Positions 13,944 to 26,834 of a DNA stretch of 64,000 nucleotides are shown piece after piece. Origin of the DNA: Felis catus (Eukaryota). The translations under genes were made by a program, and so were the position numbers. Position 1 is the stretch's first letter. Every line of letters starts with the position of its first letter. Under the pieces are notes generated by a model that saw nothing but the letters and a program-made list of their open reading frames with translations, was not told where the DNA came from and searched no databases. Where the stretch lies: contig NC_058368.1 in the NCBI RefSeq assembly GCF_018350175.1, forward strand, positions 158,784,001-158,848,000. The letters run 5' to 3'.

Positions 13944-14170
13944 ATTTTTTTTGAGTTTATTTATTTATTCATTTTAATAGTGAGAGAGAGAGAGAGAGAG
14001 AGGAAGAGAGCACAGGAGGAGCAGAGAGACAGGGAGAGAGAGAATCCCAAGCAGGCTCTATACTATCAGCTCAGAGCCAGATGCAGGGCTTGAATCCACG
14101 AACCATAAGATCATGACCCCAGCTGAAACCAAGAGTCAGACACTTAACCAACTTAGCCACCCAGGTGCCT
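13944..14170 (-). mobile_element. Can-SINE inserted in L1 ORF2
   Basis: TSD tctaccaaacatt duplicates L1 sequence on both sides. Confidence 0.94.
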
Positions 14171-15043
14171 GTCTACCAAACATTTAAAGAAGATTTAAGA
14201 CCTATTCTTCTCGAATTATTCCAAAAAAATAGAAGAGGAAGGAAAACTTCCAAATTCATTTTATGAGGCCTATATTACCCTGATACCAAAACCAGATAAA
14301 GACAATATGAAAAGAGGGAACACAGGCCAATGTCTCTGGTAAACATAGATGCCAAAATCTGCAACAAAATATTAGCAAACTGAATCCAACAATACATTAA
14401 AAAATCATTCACCACAAAGATGTGGGATTTATTAACAGTGATGTAGGCATGGTTCAGTATTCACAAATCAATCAACATAATACATAACATCAATAAGAAA
14501 AAGGACATAAATCATATGATCATTACAGTAGATGCAGAAAAAGCATTCGACAAAGTAAGACATCCATTTATGATAAAAACCCTCAACAAAGTAGGTTTAG
14601 AAGAAATATACCTCAACATAATAAAGGCCATATATGAAAAACCCACAGATAACATCATACTCAATGGTGAAATATTCAGAGCTTCTGCCTAACATCAGGA
14701 ACAAGACAAGAATGTCCACTCTTACCACTTTTATTCAACATAGTACTTACACTCCTAGTCAGAGCAATCACACAAGGTAAAGGAATTAAAAGGCACATAA
14801 ATTGGTAAGGAAGAAACAAAACTTTCACTATTTTCAGATAACATGATACTCTACAAGAAAACCCTAAAGACTCTACCCAAAAACTACTAAAACTGAGAAG
14901 TGAATTCAGTAAGTTTACAGTATACAAAATCAATATACAGAAACCTGTTGCATCTCTACACTAATAATGAAGCAACAGAAAATGAAATTAAGAAAGCAAT
15001 CCTGTTTACAATTGCACCAGAAAGAATAAGTTAGCTAGGAATA

Positions 15044-15230
15044 GGGACACCTGGGTGGCTCAGTCTGTTGAGCATCTGACTCTTGATCTTGACTCAGGTC
15101 ACAATCTCACAGTCTGAGGAGTCAAGCCCTTGTCAGGCTCTGCACTGACAACGTGGAGACTGCTGAGATTCTGTCTCTTCCTCTTTCTGCCCCTCCCCAA
15201 ACTTAAAATAAATAAATAAACTTAGAAGAA
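15044..15230 (+). mobile_element. Can-SINE inserted in L1 ORF2
   Basis: gggacacctgggtggctcag head; ctaggaata duplicated on both flanks. Confidence 0.92.
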
Positions 15231-15780
15231 AAATCTCTTAAAATATCTAGGAATAAACTTAACCAAGGAGGTAACAGATCTGTACTCTGTAAACTATAAA
15301 ACATTGACAAAAGAAATTGAAGATGACAGAAATGAAAAGATATTGCATGCTCATGGATTAGTAAAAGAACAAATATTGTTACAATGTCCAAACTACCCCA
15401 AACAATTTATGGACTTAATGCAATCCCTATCAAAATAGCACCAGCATTTTCCACAGAATTAGAACAAATAATCCTAAAATTTGTGTGGAACCACAAAAGA
15501 CCCCAAATAGCTAAAACAATCTTGAAAAAGAAAAACAAATCTGGAGGTGCCAAAATTCCAGATTTCAAGTTATACTACAAAGCTTTAGTAAAGCAGTATG
15601 GCACAAAAATAGACACATAGATCAATAGAATAAGATAGAAACCCATGATTATATGGTCAACTAACCTTTGACAAAAGACGTAAGAATATGCAATGGGAAG
15701 AAGATATTCTCTTCAACAAATGGTTTTGGGAAACTGGACAGCTACATGCAAAAGAATGAAACTGGACCACTTTCTTGCAC

Positions 15781-15788
15781 CACACACA

Positions 15789-15836
<48 letters not shown>
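15781..15836. repeat. (CA)n microsatellite within L1
   Basis: Long CA run with one interruption. Confidence 0.95.
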
Positions 15837-15837
<1 letters not shown>

Positions 15838-16019
15838 AAATGGGTTAAAGGCTTAAATGTGAGACCTGAAACCATAAAAATCCTAGAAGATAGTATAGGC
15901 AGTGATTTCTCTGACATTTGCAATAGCAACATTAAAGACTTTTTTTAAGACAAGCTTTTGTAAAAGGTGGGATAATTTAAGTTTTTAAATAGTTTCCCCA
16001 TATTGGAATTTTATTTTTA

Positions 16020-16235
16020 AAATTTCTTTAATGCTTATTTATTTTTGAGACAGAGAGAAAGAGAGAGAGTGAGTACGAGCAGGGGAGGGACGGAGAGAGG
16101 AGACATGGAATCTGAAGCAGGCTCCAGGCTCTGAGCTGTCAGTACAGAGCCCAATACGGGGCTCAAACTCATGAACTGTGAGCTCATGACCTGAGCCAGT
16201 TGGACGCTTAACCAACTGAGCCACCCAGGCGCCCC
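16020..16235 (-). mobile_element. Can-SINE
   Basis: Antisense body; TSD tgg(a/g)attttattttta. Confidence 0.95.
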
Positions 16236-16878
16236 TGGGATTTTATTTTTAAATAAAATAAATATTAGGATTGTCTTGTAAAGCAGCCTTAAGGTAAATG
16301 TATATTTACTCATTCCTTTTGAGGCAGTAGATTCATGAATTGTTATTATGAAATAAAATGTAATGTACTTTGTCTATTTTCCACATTTTCAGCCTCTTTA
16401 AAGCTTGGAAAGCTTGGAAATTTTATGATCATTTCATTAAATCGGGATTTTTTTTCCTGCTTAACCAGAATATGGCATATAAGCATGGAATATACCACTA
16501 ATATAAGTATCAGAAAACATTTTGTAATCAGTAACTAATAAGAATTACATGTGCCCCATTTTTAGCTGTATCTATCTGGAATTCATTTGCTTTCTGGTGA
16601 GAAACATACAGATGAGTGTAGCTGAGGTCACATGCTCATTTACAATGAGCAATGACCAAATGCAAGTATTAATGTTGTAGGCTCATCATTATTATTAAGC
16701 ATGGTTAAAGACATGGTATAATATTAAATACCAATAAAGCAACTACTCACATTTGTTATGCCAAAGCTTTTGTCAATATAATTTCTAAATGATGTTTTAG
16801 TTTTATGCATGTAATTCTGCTGCTTATTTAGTAATGACTTTCGAACTGCATCTTCCTGCTTCAGTTCCAGGCTTCTTA

Positions 16879-17094
16879 AAATTTTTTTAATGTTTATTCA
16901 TTTTTGTGAGGCAAAGAGAGACAGAGTGTGAGTAGAGGAGGGGCAGAGAGAGAGGGAGACACAGAATCTGAAGCAGACTCCAGGCTCTGAGCTGTCAGCA
17001 CAGAGCCCTATGCGGGGCTCCAACCCACAGACCATAATACCATAACCTGAGCTGAAATCAGACGCCCAGCTGACTGAGCCACCCAGGTGCCCCC
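16879..17094 (-). mobile_element. Can-SINE
   Basis: TSD ttccaggcttctta. Confidence 0.95.
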
Positions 17095-17319
17095 AATTCC
17101 AGGCTTCTTATAATCTTATTTCTATAAAGAAGCAAGTGTGATCTATTAAAAACTTAGATCAGCTCATGGCATGCCCATATTTAAAATACTTCAATGATTT
17201 CCCATTATGTTTAGCATAAAAATTCAAAATTCCTTGTTATTTTAGTTTGTAGATAAGATAATGCAGTAAAGAAATTGGTTTAATAGGAGATGAGAAGATA
17301 ATGTATTACTGAATGCATA

Positions 17320-18200
17320 ATTCAACAAATAAATTTTGAGTGTTTATTATGTGTAAAGCACTTATAGATACTCGAGTTAACAAAAAAGCATAAAAATACC
17401 TGCCTGCATACAGCTTACTTTCTGGTAGTGCAAGACAGGCAATCAACATAATTGCATATAGCAAGATGAAAGTGATAAATGCTATAGAAAAAAGGATAAA
17501 AAAGGTAGAGTGAAGGAATAGGGCGTGTATGGCAATTTTAAAAGGTTTATTTAGGATAGACCTCATTAAGAGCTGTCATTTAGCAAATATTTGAGAGATG
17601 AGAATTAATCATGCTGTTGTTTGGTGAAGGAGCTTTCCAGGCAGAGGAAATAGAGCACAAACAGTCCAAGGTGAAAGCAGAGCTGCCATATGTGAGGAAC
17701 ACTGAGGAGCCTAATGTGGGGAGAGGAGGAGGTTTTTGAGCAAAGGAGTGACATTATCTGACTTAAGTTTTAACTGGTCTGTATCTTCTGTAAGACAGAG
17801 GGGAGCAATGGTAGTGAAAGAGGGTACCTTGAAATTAGGAGGTAGGAGTGGAGGTGGTAAGAAGTAGTTTAATTCTGGATTTGTCTTAAAGGTAGAAAAA
17901 AAATAGGATTTTCTAACAAATTGGATATAGGAGTTTCGGTGGGGAGGTGAGTGCCACAGAGAGAGGGGGTAGCATCAAGGATACCAAAGTTTTTCCAATG
18001 GATGGATGGAGTTTCACATTTACAAGTGAAGATCAGATACTTGTATTTGTCAAATCAGGGATGTCTACTAGATAACAGGTGAAAACGTTAAGTACATAGT
18101 TAGGTATATTGATCTGGAATACAAACATAACTCTAGGCTTGAAGTATAAATTTTGGAGTCACAAGACTGAAGAAGTAAACCATGAAGTGAGTATGGATAG
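17320..18200 (-). mobile_element. L2 LINE remnant
   Basis: ttcaacaaataaattttgagtgtttattatgtg followed by purine-rich L2-type motifs (ttccaggcagaggaaatag, ttttgagcaaaggagtgac). Confidence 0.65.
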
Positions 18201-18848
18201 AAAAAAAAAAACATATCTAAGAACTGCATTGTGTTGTACTGCAATCTTAAGAAGAACAAAATCCATGTATGTGAAAGGAGGTGACAAGATCCCATTCACA
18301 ACTGTTTATTTACATATTGCTTGATTAACACTCCCACTGAAGTGAGAGAGAGGCCTCTTGTCTATCTAGAATATTTTTGGCACAAAATAATTGCTCAGTA
18401 AATATTTGTTAAATAAATAAGAGCCAAATAAATGAGAATGTTATGGATTTATGAAAACAATTTTGATAATGTTTTTCATGCAGAATTGAAAGCTGAGTCC
18501 ATAAGGTACCTATTTGAGATCTATATTGAGAAGCATAGACCTTCTTTATTGGCATAAGGGTATTTATGGTTGCTTAGGTATTAAGTCCTGGTCTTAGTAT
18601 TTGACCTATTTCCCTCTCACCAGATAATATAGATTGACTTTTTTTCCTTAGAGTTATGCTGAAAGCAAAAATAAAACTCTTAATCACCTGTCATCTAAAA
18701 AGGTGACCCACGTACATATACTCTTCAGACTGGACAAAGATAGAGTCCAAGTTATAACCCTGTGACCTAGCCTACTCATTCTTTCTCTCTTGTCTCTGTA
18801 GTATTATCATCATGGAATAGGTATTTAACTCAATAAAAGGAAATGAGA

Positions 18849-19075
18849 GGGGTGACTGGTGGCTCAGTTGGTTGAGCTATTGACTCTTGATTTTGGCTCA
18901 AGTCATGATTCCAGGATTGTGGGTCCAGGGGTCCACATTGAGCTCGGTGCTGAGCATGGAGACTGCTTGAGATTCTCCTCCTCCTCTCTCTCTCTCTCCT
19001 CCTCCCTCTGCCCTCTCCCCTGCTCATAGTCTTTCTCCAAAATGAAATTTAAAAAATTAAAAAATAAAAATAAAA
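18849..19075 (+). mobile_element. Can-SINE (first of a tandem pair)
   Basis: ggggtgactggtggctcagttggttgagc head, CT-rich region, A tail. Confidence 0.92.
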
Positions 19076-19280
19076 GGATGCCCTGGGTGACTCAGTTGGT
19101 TGAGTGTCTGACTTCAGCTCAGGTCATGATCTCACAGCTTGTGAGTTTGAGCCCTGCACCATGATCTCTGCTGTCAACGCAGAGCCCTCTTCAGATCCTC
19201 TGCCCCTCTCTCTCTGCCTCTCTCCCTGTCATGCTATCTCTCTTTCAACAATGAATAAACATTTATTAAAAAAAATAAAT
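19076..19280 (+). mobile_element. Can-SINE (second of a tandem pair)
   Basis: ggatgccctgggtgactcag head directly after the first copy's A tail. Confidence 0.92.
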
Positions 19281-19691
19281 TAAAGGAGATTAGAGACTGA
19301 TTCCTGGTTGGTGAGGTCATACACAGATTTAGTTTTTGAACTGTTGATTCCAACCAGTTTCTTTTTGAGGGCCATTTTAATGATTTCCACAGAATTGAGC
19401 GATGCCTCCCACCCCCCACCCCCTCCATAGCCCTCATAGTCATTGACAAGGGAGTTACAAGAAGTAAAGTATATAGAATTCTTGACTAAAGTAACAGTGA
19501 ATGCCTGGATTTGACAGTACCATCACGATTCTGTCAGTTTCATAGTGGACTTGGGAGATAACAAAAATTTTCTGCTGAAGGCCCTTCCTGATTAGTTCCT
19601 GTAAGTGTTTGGAACCAGTTTCCCTGTTTATGGAAGCTTATTTATTCAGATGGTAGGCCAACCTGTGTATTTAGACTGGCAATGCCATGCT

Positions 19692-19692
<1 letters not shown>

Positions 19693-19727
<35 letters not shown>
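19693..19727. repeat. (TG)n microsatellite
   Basis: Perfect TG run. Confidence 0.95.
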
Positions 19728-19729
<2 letters not shown>

Positions 19730-20763
19730 GTATGTCTGTGTGCTTTGCAAATATGTATCTGTGTGACATGTAGGACACAGGTCTGTGAGTTCAGGCTTGG
19801 ATGAAGGAAGATATTTTTATCTTCTCTGTTTGGATTTTTTCTATAATTGGTGTTTTTCTAAATACCATTTACTAGGACTATAACTCATTTCTTAATAATT
19901 AGGTGGTTGGTAAAGATTAGAGAGACCTACCCAGTGAAAAATTTTCTTTCATTAGAAAAGCAATATATGTTCTTTTAAATGTTTCAAATACTACACCAAG
20001 TGTAGAAATTTGAAACTATTGTCTATCACTCTTAACAGCTTGGATACTATTCTTCTAGACTTTGTTTATTTATATACAAATGCTTTTAAGCATATACTTA
20101 AGAAATAAATGCAATGTTACTATGGATATCATTTGCTTCTTATGTTTTTTCATTTCAGAAAAGTTCAAGGCAGTCTTCTATGCATACATATGTGAATTAG
20201 ACATATTCTTTTTAATAGCTATCTAATATTCCATTATACAAATACTTATTTGCTAAGTCCCACACTTTAAGTAATAAGGTTAATTCTGTTATTTTAAAAT
20301 CACAAATAATATTTTAGTAAACATCTGTGTATTTACACACATGTCCAATTATATTTGAATAATGAATTCCTAAGTTAGAATGTTTGGTGTGTTGGTGGGA
20401 GAATACAAAGTACAGAAAATGAGATTTAATTGAAATTTATTGGGGAAATAAATATCTTGCTGAGGTACTCACTGAGTATAATATGCAATGGATATTTTTG
20501 CCTGCCTTTTCCTCATTTTTTGCTGTCTTTTAAGACAAAACCTTAGGGAGTTTACTTTCCAGAGCTCTACTTTCATAGTAATAGCTGGCTTTAAATATAC
20601 TCATGTTATTTTTTTGCCTAGAAAATAGTGAATGATACATTGACTCATCTGGTCATAGATTGAAGGTCACATGTTTATACTCTCTAATGTATTTCAGGCA
20701 TCACCTGTCTTATTTATTGTATTTCCACCATGTGTCTAGCAAAGTGTAGGTGGTCACTAAATA

Positions 20764-21540
20764 CAGTAAAACCTTGGATTGTGAGTAACTTGTTCTGCAA
20801 TTTTTCTGCAAGACAAGCAAACATTTCTAATAAATTTTAACTTGATAAACAAGTGATGTCTTGCAATGTGAGTAGTACATGATGCCGAATATCACATGAT
20901 CACAACTGAGCCAATGGTTCTTCTCTCTCGCTGTGGGATTGTGGGTGGTTGTCTCCTATGCTCAGATGCTTGGTCTCAGGCTACAGTGTTTGGCAGAAAT
21001 CAGTAGTTTTTCAGAACGTTGGAAGACACACACACTTGGCACTAGGTTATTGTTTGTCACTTCAAAACACCTATGGACAGTCTTTTGCTTTTCCATAAGA
21101 GAGTAAGCTTAGGAATGCTTTGCTTCATTCTAGGTCAGGCTGCTGGCAGATACAAACCCTTTTCTCTGCTGCTTTATGGACAGTTAAGTACAGTATATGA
21201 CAAGAGTTTATTAATACTGTACTGTAGTCAACATCTGTTAGTGATAGTGAAAGTCGTCCTACACAGTAACCCTCCTCTCTTATCTCCCTCACACCAGCCA
21301 TGAAGGTTTTCAAGGTAAGTGCAGGTTAATTTGTTTATTTTCTTTATATTTTGTATTTTTCTTGTTATTTTGTATGATATTACAGTATTGTAGTCATTTT
21401 TATATGAGTATTTTTGGGTTGTACGAATCATCTGAGTTTCCATTATTTCTTATGGGGAAAAATTGGCTTTGATATACAGGTACTTTGGATGACAAGCATG
21501 TTTCCAGAATGAATTAGGCTGGCAAACCAAGGCTTTACTG
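20764..21540 (+). mobile_element. Tc1/mariner (pogo/Tigger-like) non-autonomous DNA transposon, 777 bp
   Basis: TA | CAGTAAAACCTTGG ... CCAAGGCTTTACTG | TA: terminal inverted repeats with TA target duplication; strand arbitrary. Confidence 0.88.
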
Positions 21541-22436
21541 TATCTGTTTCTTAATTGAAAGATATAGCAAAACTGAAAAATTTCTGTATGTTGTACCAAA
21601 TATTTTGTGCACAGTGAAGTAAGAGTTCTAGAGGCAAGAGAAGTCTAAGTTTTTCCTAGGCTAGGATGTGGAGCAACAAGAAAATTTAATAAATATCTAA
21701 GGACTTAATTAACAATAGAACCATGCTATTTGTACACATCATTGCTTAGTGATTCTTCCTCTTTAGTTGACTTGCTTCCAGCTTGAATTTTCAAACCAGT
21801 TAAGATTAATTTTAATGTCTGTGGTCCCATTATGGTGATCTGTGCTCCAAGGCTGCTTATCTTGACCGTAAGAGCAGTGCCTATTGAGTTACATATGGAT
21901 GGACTGAGTAGAGCTTATGAACTCCAATTGCTACAATGATTTTGTCTCTTGTGTCACTGTTCAATGCAGATAGCTATGGTTATCAGCCATGACAGCAGGA
22001 GCCAAAGCTCTTTTTTGCACCACTTACTTTAGATATTTCTACTAAAAATTGACCAATAAAAATGTGGTTCAGGCATCATCACTTTCCTTTCTAGATGATG
22101 GCAACAAACAACCTTCTTACCCTCCAGAAGTTGGAGAAGTTAGTATCCCCTTATTTGTTTTTCTTTTATTTCTTCCCATTCAGGCACCCATGATAGTGTA
22201 AACATTCTTTTCTATTCCTTTAACTTGTGGTAAAGCTGTCAGTAGTGGTTATCATTGATAGCAATGAATTGTAAACTTTTTAAGCATATATGTTGAGTAC
22301 ACATAGCATTGCAGCACCTTTTTAAAAACAGAAGTAGGCTATTTGTTGCTTTATATCTCTTCATGGTTATGGAGAAATTATGTCTGGAGGCCATTTTAGA
22401 AATTTGCTTCAAACTACACATGATCATTTCCATATA

Positions 22437-22677
22437 CAGTAAAACCTTGGTTTGCAAGCATAATTCGTTCCAGAAACATCCTTTTCATCCAAAGCACTTG
22501 TACATCAAAGCAAATTTCAAGAACCATTGGCTCAGTTGTGATCATGTGATGTTTGGTATCACATACTACTCATATTGCAGGACATCACTCATTTATCAAA
22601 TTAAAATTTATTAGAAATCTTTGTTCATCTTGCAGGAGACTCACAGAAGAAGTTATTTGCAGTCTAAGGTTTTACTG
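22437..22677 (-). mobile_element. 241-bp MITE, an internal-deletion derivative of the 20764-21540 family
   Basis: TA | CAGTAAAACCTTGG ... CTAAGGTTTTACTG | TA; its reverse complement aligns to the first ~160 and last ~85 bp of the longer element. Confidence 0.88.
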
Positions 22678-23354
22678 TAATCTTTGACCGTTTCATAAAA
22701 TTTTGGAATTGTAATTATTCAAATATAGTGATATAGTTTTTCTCATCCCCACCTACACCATTGAACAGTACAAAGTTCAGTAATTCTACTGGTTCTTTGG
22801 TATAAAAATTGTAGGCTTCTAAATTTTGAATTTTTATTCACACTTTGACCATTAGTGTCTAGTAGAAAAAATGGAAAGAAGTTTACATGCAGATGTAAAA
22901 TAATGTAGCAGTCAAGCATAAAATCTTACCGGGTGATTGAATTACTTGTTTCCTTGGTCCTGTAAACCAGAGGCTAGCTTCAGCCCTCAAGCTTTAGCCC
23001 TGTGTCCCTAAAATCTGTTTAAAACCTTTCCACAAACCTAGAGTCTCTTCACCAGTTAAGAAGTAGATTGTATATTTATAGCCTTTAAGGTTTCAGGAAA
23101 TGATTTAAACTGCTCTTGAAAATGATTCAGTGAGAAAGAAAATTTCCATACCAATTCTGGCATTAGATTTCTTACAGACTTTAGTCTATAGAATGGAATC
23201 ACAGATATGATTAAACAATTTCGAATGTTTTCAGACTCACAACCCATTGGGTAGCTTTCAGAGCCAGTGATCACATTGTCAGATATGCTAGAATCAAGGG
23301 AGACATTTTGAAGCCATTCGACATTTTCTAGAGTTTGGGATGCCCATTAATTTA

Positions 23355-24190
23355 TCCATTAATAAACATTTGTTGAGCACCTATAATGTGTCAAGCATTA
23401 TTATAGAGGCTTGGGATACATAAGTGAACAAAAATAGACAAAAGCTCTTCCCTTCATAAAGTGTTTAAACTTTATTTACCTTTATTTGTATAAAATACAT
23501 ACATAATAAAATATATTGGAAGTTGCTAACTACTTTGTGAAGAAAGAGAAAGTAGAGCAAGGTAAAAGAGAGTGGAAATGCTGAGATGGCAGAAGTTTGT
23601 GGTGGATATATAGGGCATTGCAAGTTGAAATAGTATGATCAGGACCAGGCTTATTAAGAAGGTGACATCTGAACAAAGGCTTGAAGGAAGTGAAAGAAGT
23701 AGCTGTAAAGATATTAGGGGCAAAGCATTCTAACCATTTAGACAGTTCATGCAATGGCACTGAGGTGGGAGTTCTGGCATATCCAAGAAGCCAATGTCAC
23801 TGTAGTAGAGAGAGTGAGAGAGGAAGGTGCTAAAATCATGTTTGGGTTCACCAGATCAATGGGCCACTGCAGAGACTTTGGCTTTACTGTGAGTAAGATG
23901 GGGAATGATGGCAGAGTTTTGAGCAAAGGAGTGATGTGAATGGCATGTCCCTGGAGCTGCTATTCTGAGTGTAGACAATGGGGGTTAGAATGGCAGTAAT
24001 TAAGAACTGGAAGGAGAAAGGGAGAACTGTTAATGGCTTGATTCAGGGTAGTAACAGTGACAGTGTGGGAAGTAGTTGAATTCTAGATATATTTTGAAAG
24101 TAGCATCTACTGAATTTCTTGATAGATAAGATAAGGGGCATGAGATAAAGAGAGAGATGGTTCCAAAGTTTTCTTGCCATATAACCTAGA
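23355..24190 (-). mobile_element. L2 LINE remnant
   Basis: ataaacatttgttgagcacctataatgtgtcaagc..aaggtgacatctgaacaaaggcttgaagg..ttttgagcaaaggagtgatgtga, typical L2a 3' region in antisense. Confidence 0.75.
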
Positions 24191-24204
24191 AGTTTGGAGA
24201 TTCC

Positions 24205-24284
24205 ATTATAACAGTGCTTTCAACAATACCCACATTATGGAAAGAGTCCGAGTGTCCATCAACTGATGAATGGGTAAAGAAGAT

Positions 24285-24336
<52 letters not shown>

Positions 24337-24797
24337 GGAATACTACTCAGCAATGAGAAAGACTGAAATCCTGACATTTGCAACAACGTGTTTGGAACTG
24401 GAGGGTATTATGCTAAGTGAAATAAGTCAGCCAGAGAAAGGCAGGTATCATATGTTTTCACTCATATGTGGAACTTGAGAAACTTAACGGAAGACTGTGG
24501 AGGAAGGGAAGGGAAAATAATGGTTTCAAATAGAGAGGGAAGAAAACCGTAAGAGATACAGAGAACAAAGTGAGGATTCTTGGGGGGGGGGGCAGAGGAG
24601 AGGGGAAAATGGGTGATAGACATTGAGGAGGGCATGAGTTGGGATGAGCACTGGATGTTGTATGTAAGCGAGGAATCACATGAATCTACCCCCGAAACTA
24701 AGAGCACACTGTATACACTGTATGTTAGGTAACTTGACAATAAATTATATTACACAATAAAAATGGAAAAATTAATAATAAAAAATAAAAAAAAATA
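24205..24797 (+). mobile_element. 5'-truncated carnivore/felid L1 3' end with internal (TA)n and poly(A) tail
   Basis: tgtccatcaactgatgaatggg, atgctaagtgaaataagtcag, gtatcatatgttttcactcatatgtgg; aataaa and A-rich tail; (TA)n at 24288-24333. Confidence 0.92.
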
Positions 24798-25587
24798 GTA
24801 TAGTGGGTAAGAGCAGCAGCCATGGGAAGAGAAAGATAAACCACAAAACACGTTTTCAATATAGGGCCTGCTTCATAGTATCATCATTTTATTAACATTT
24901 TATTTTTTAAATGAGTTATAGATGGATGACCTGGGTAGAGCTTGTGGGCTTCAGTTGATACAGTAATTCTATTTCTTACTTTTTAAAACATATTATTAAC
25001 ATTTGGTATCACATTATATAATTTGTTTCAGCATTTTAATAAGAGCCATCCAGGCAGGTCTCACCATGGCCTAATTGAAGTTACCAGTATGATGTCACTG
25101 GAAGTGGAGATGGGAAGACATGTGTGTAGTAGCCTCTTGTGAGACAGTATGAGCCAGCTTGAGCCTACTGTGTCTGGACTATGTAAATTAGAGCTAATTT
25201 TTACAATGTTAACAATTCTAGGACTTCCTGAGACTTAGGGCAGGTTATTTTGTTTCATGGGCCTTAAACCATATGTCTAAATATGTGCTTCGAACAAAGA
25301 CAGTAATTCAGCTATTACATTTTGTATGACTGGGATTTTTTAAAGCTAAATGTGGTCTTGATAGGAAATTTACTGTGGGTAATCCAAGAGACAGAACCAT
25401 TTCCTTTTCATTTTTTTGTTTGAATATTTGGAGTAAACTGACATTTTACTTTAAGTTGGATACTTACTGACTGCTAACAATTACTGATGACTTTGTTTTT
25501 TTCTTCTAAGATATTTTGGTCTAAACCAATGACATGTGGATTCTGTATATTCTCTTTAATTTTAATTCATTGAAATATTTATTTAGC

Positions 25588-25782
25588 AGCGCTTAGGTGG
25601 CTCTGTCGGTTGAATGGCTGACTTCAGCTCAGGTCATGATCTCAGGGTTTGTAGTTTTGAGCCCCAAGTAGGGCTTGCTGTGGTCAGCATGGAGCCCGCT
25701 TTGGATCATCTGTCCCCCTCTCTCTCTGTCCCTCCTGTGCTCATGCTCTCTCAAAAATAAACATTAAAAAAATAAAAATAAA
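25588..25782 (+). mobile_element. Can-SINE
   Basis: gcgcttaggtggctctgtcggttga..ctcaggtcatgatctc; A tail. Confidence 0.9.
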
Positions 25783-26424
25783 TGAAATACTTATTCAGAA
25801 AGCTCATTTTAGAGTCCAATTAATAGTGTCTTGTGGTAAAGTCTGATTGCTTGACTTAAAAAAAATGTTGATATATTTAACTTAACAGAAGGTAAGTTCA
25901 GTAATTTGGATGCTTTTCACCAATTGTGCTGTGTCAAATCCTATCTTGAATATTAAGTATTTAGTCCACGTATTGCTGCAATATACCCTGGTCCTTTAAT
26001 CCTTTACAGAAAAATTGGGTGAAATGAATGTCTTACAAATCTGACCACTCCTGGGGATATTAATTATATTTCACAATGAAGTCAAGCTCAGATATTCATT
26101 TCCAAATTGCCCTTTTCATGGAAAGTGATTGCTCAATATTGGTAATCATTTGAAATGCTATAGTTCATTAGATTTGTTATATTATGAAAACCGAGAAAAG
26201 AAAATAAGAAAATTGATTTTTTTTCCATGTTTCGTTAGACAGAACACATTTCTATCATTGAACTTTAAACCTTATTCTTAAATAACAAAACTATTTTTAC
26301 TAGTTTTAAATTTTTTTAATTGAAGGTAAATTTGACATATAGTTAGATGCACAGATATTAAGTGTATAGTTCATTAAGCTTTGTAAATTGTAAGAACTTA
26401 AATAATCACCACCCAACCACAGAC

Positions 26425-26628
26425 TAGCACTGTCCAATAGAACTTCATGTGATGGTGGTAGTTTTCTGTATGAGTATTGCTAATGTAGTAGCCATTACCC
26501 ACAGGTAAGATTTGAACATTTGAGATACAGCTGAGGAGCTGAATTTTAAATTTAATTTGTTTTTAAATAATTTAAATTTAATTCATATGAACATATGTAC
26601 TAGTGGCTACAGTACAGGACAGTACAGC
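26425..26628. mobile_element. MER3/MER33-like hAT MITE
   Basis: gcactgtccaatagaact...agtggctacagtacaggacagtacag with degenerate TIRs. Confidence 0.65.
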
Positions 26629-26634
26629 CCTACA

Positions 26635-26834
26635 TAGTTCTTCTCAACTGGGGCTCTAGGAGAGAATTATACCCTAATGCTGACGGCATTTACTATTTCT
26701 AATGAATTAACTTACCTCTTGTACATCGAGGATGGTACTAACTGCATCTCATTATTAGGATAATTAGGAAAATAGTCACTCAGATCATTTTTGGTAAGGC
26801 TTAATTCTTTCACAGCACTCAGTTGAGAAAGACT
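26635..26834 (+). mobile_element. MER105-like DNA transposon MITE
   Basis: TIRs ttctcaactg / cagttgagaaag; internal agagaattataccctaatg, aatgaattaactt and aaaatagtcactcagatcatttt match recalled MER105. Confidence 0.65.

Larger units (their letters stand above)
13858..15931 (+). mobile_element. L1 ORF2 (RT to C-terminal region), the inverted 5' part of a twin-primed insertion; degenerate
   Basis: Encodes decayed ORF2 motifs DGFTGEFYQT, a mutated FADDM (ttttcagataacatg), and ORF 15384-15620 [31 protein letters not shown]. Confidence 0.93.

Noticed and set aside
15384..15620. ORF with real protein similarity
   Set aside because: It is a fragment of dead L1 ORF2 within a frameshifted, SINE-interrupted element
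25460..25900. Three branch-point-like motifs (tactgac, tgctaac, tactgat) plus a polypyrimidine tract, and a perfect AAG|gtaagt at 25891
   Set aside because: The acceptor is AAG rather than YAG, and the implied exon would be ~380 nt spanning a SINE; not supportable without RNA data
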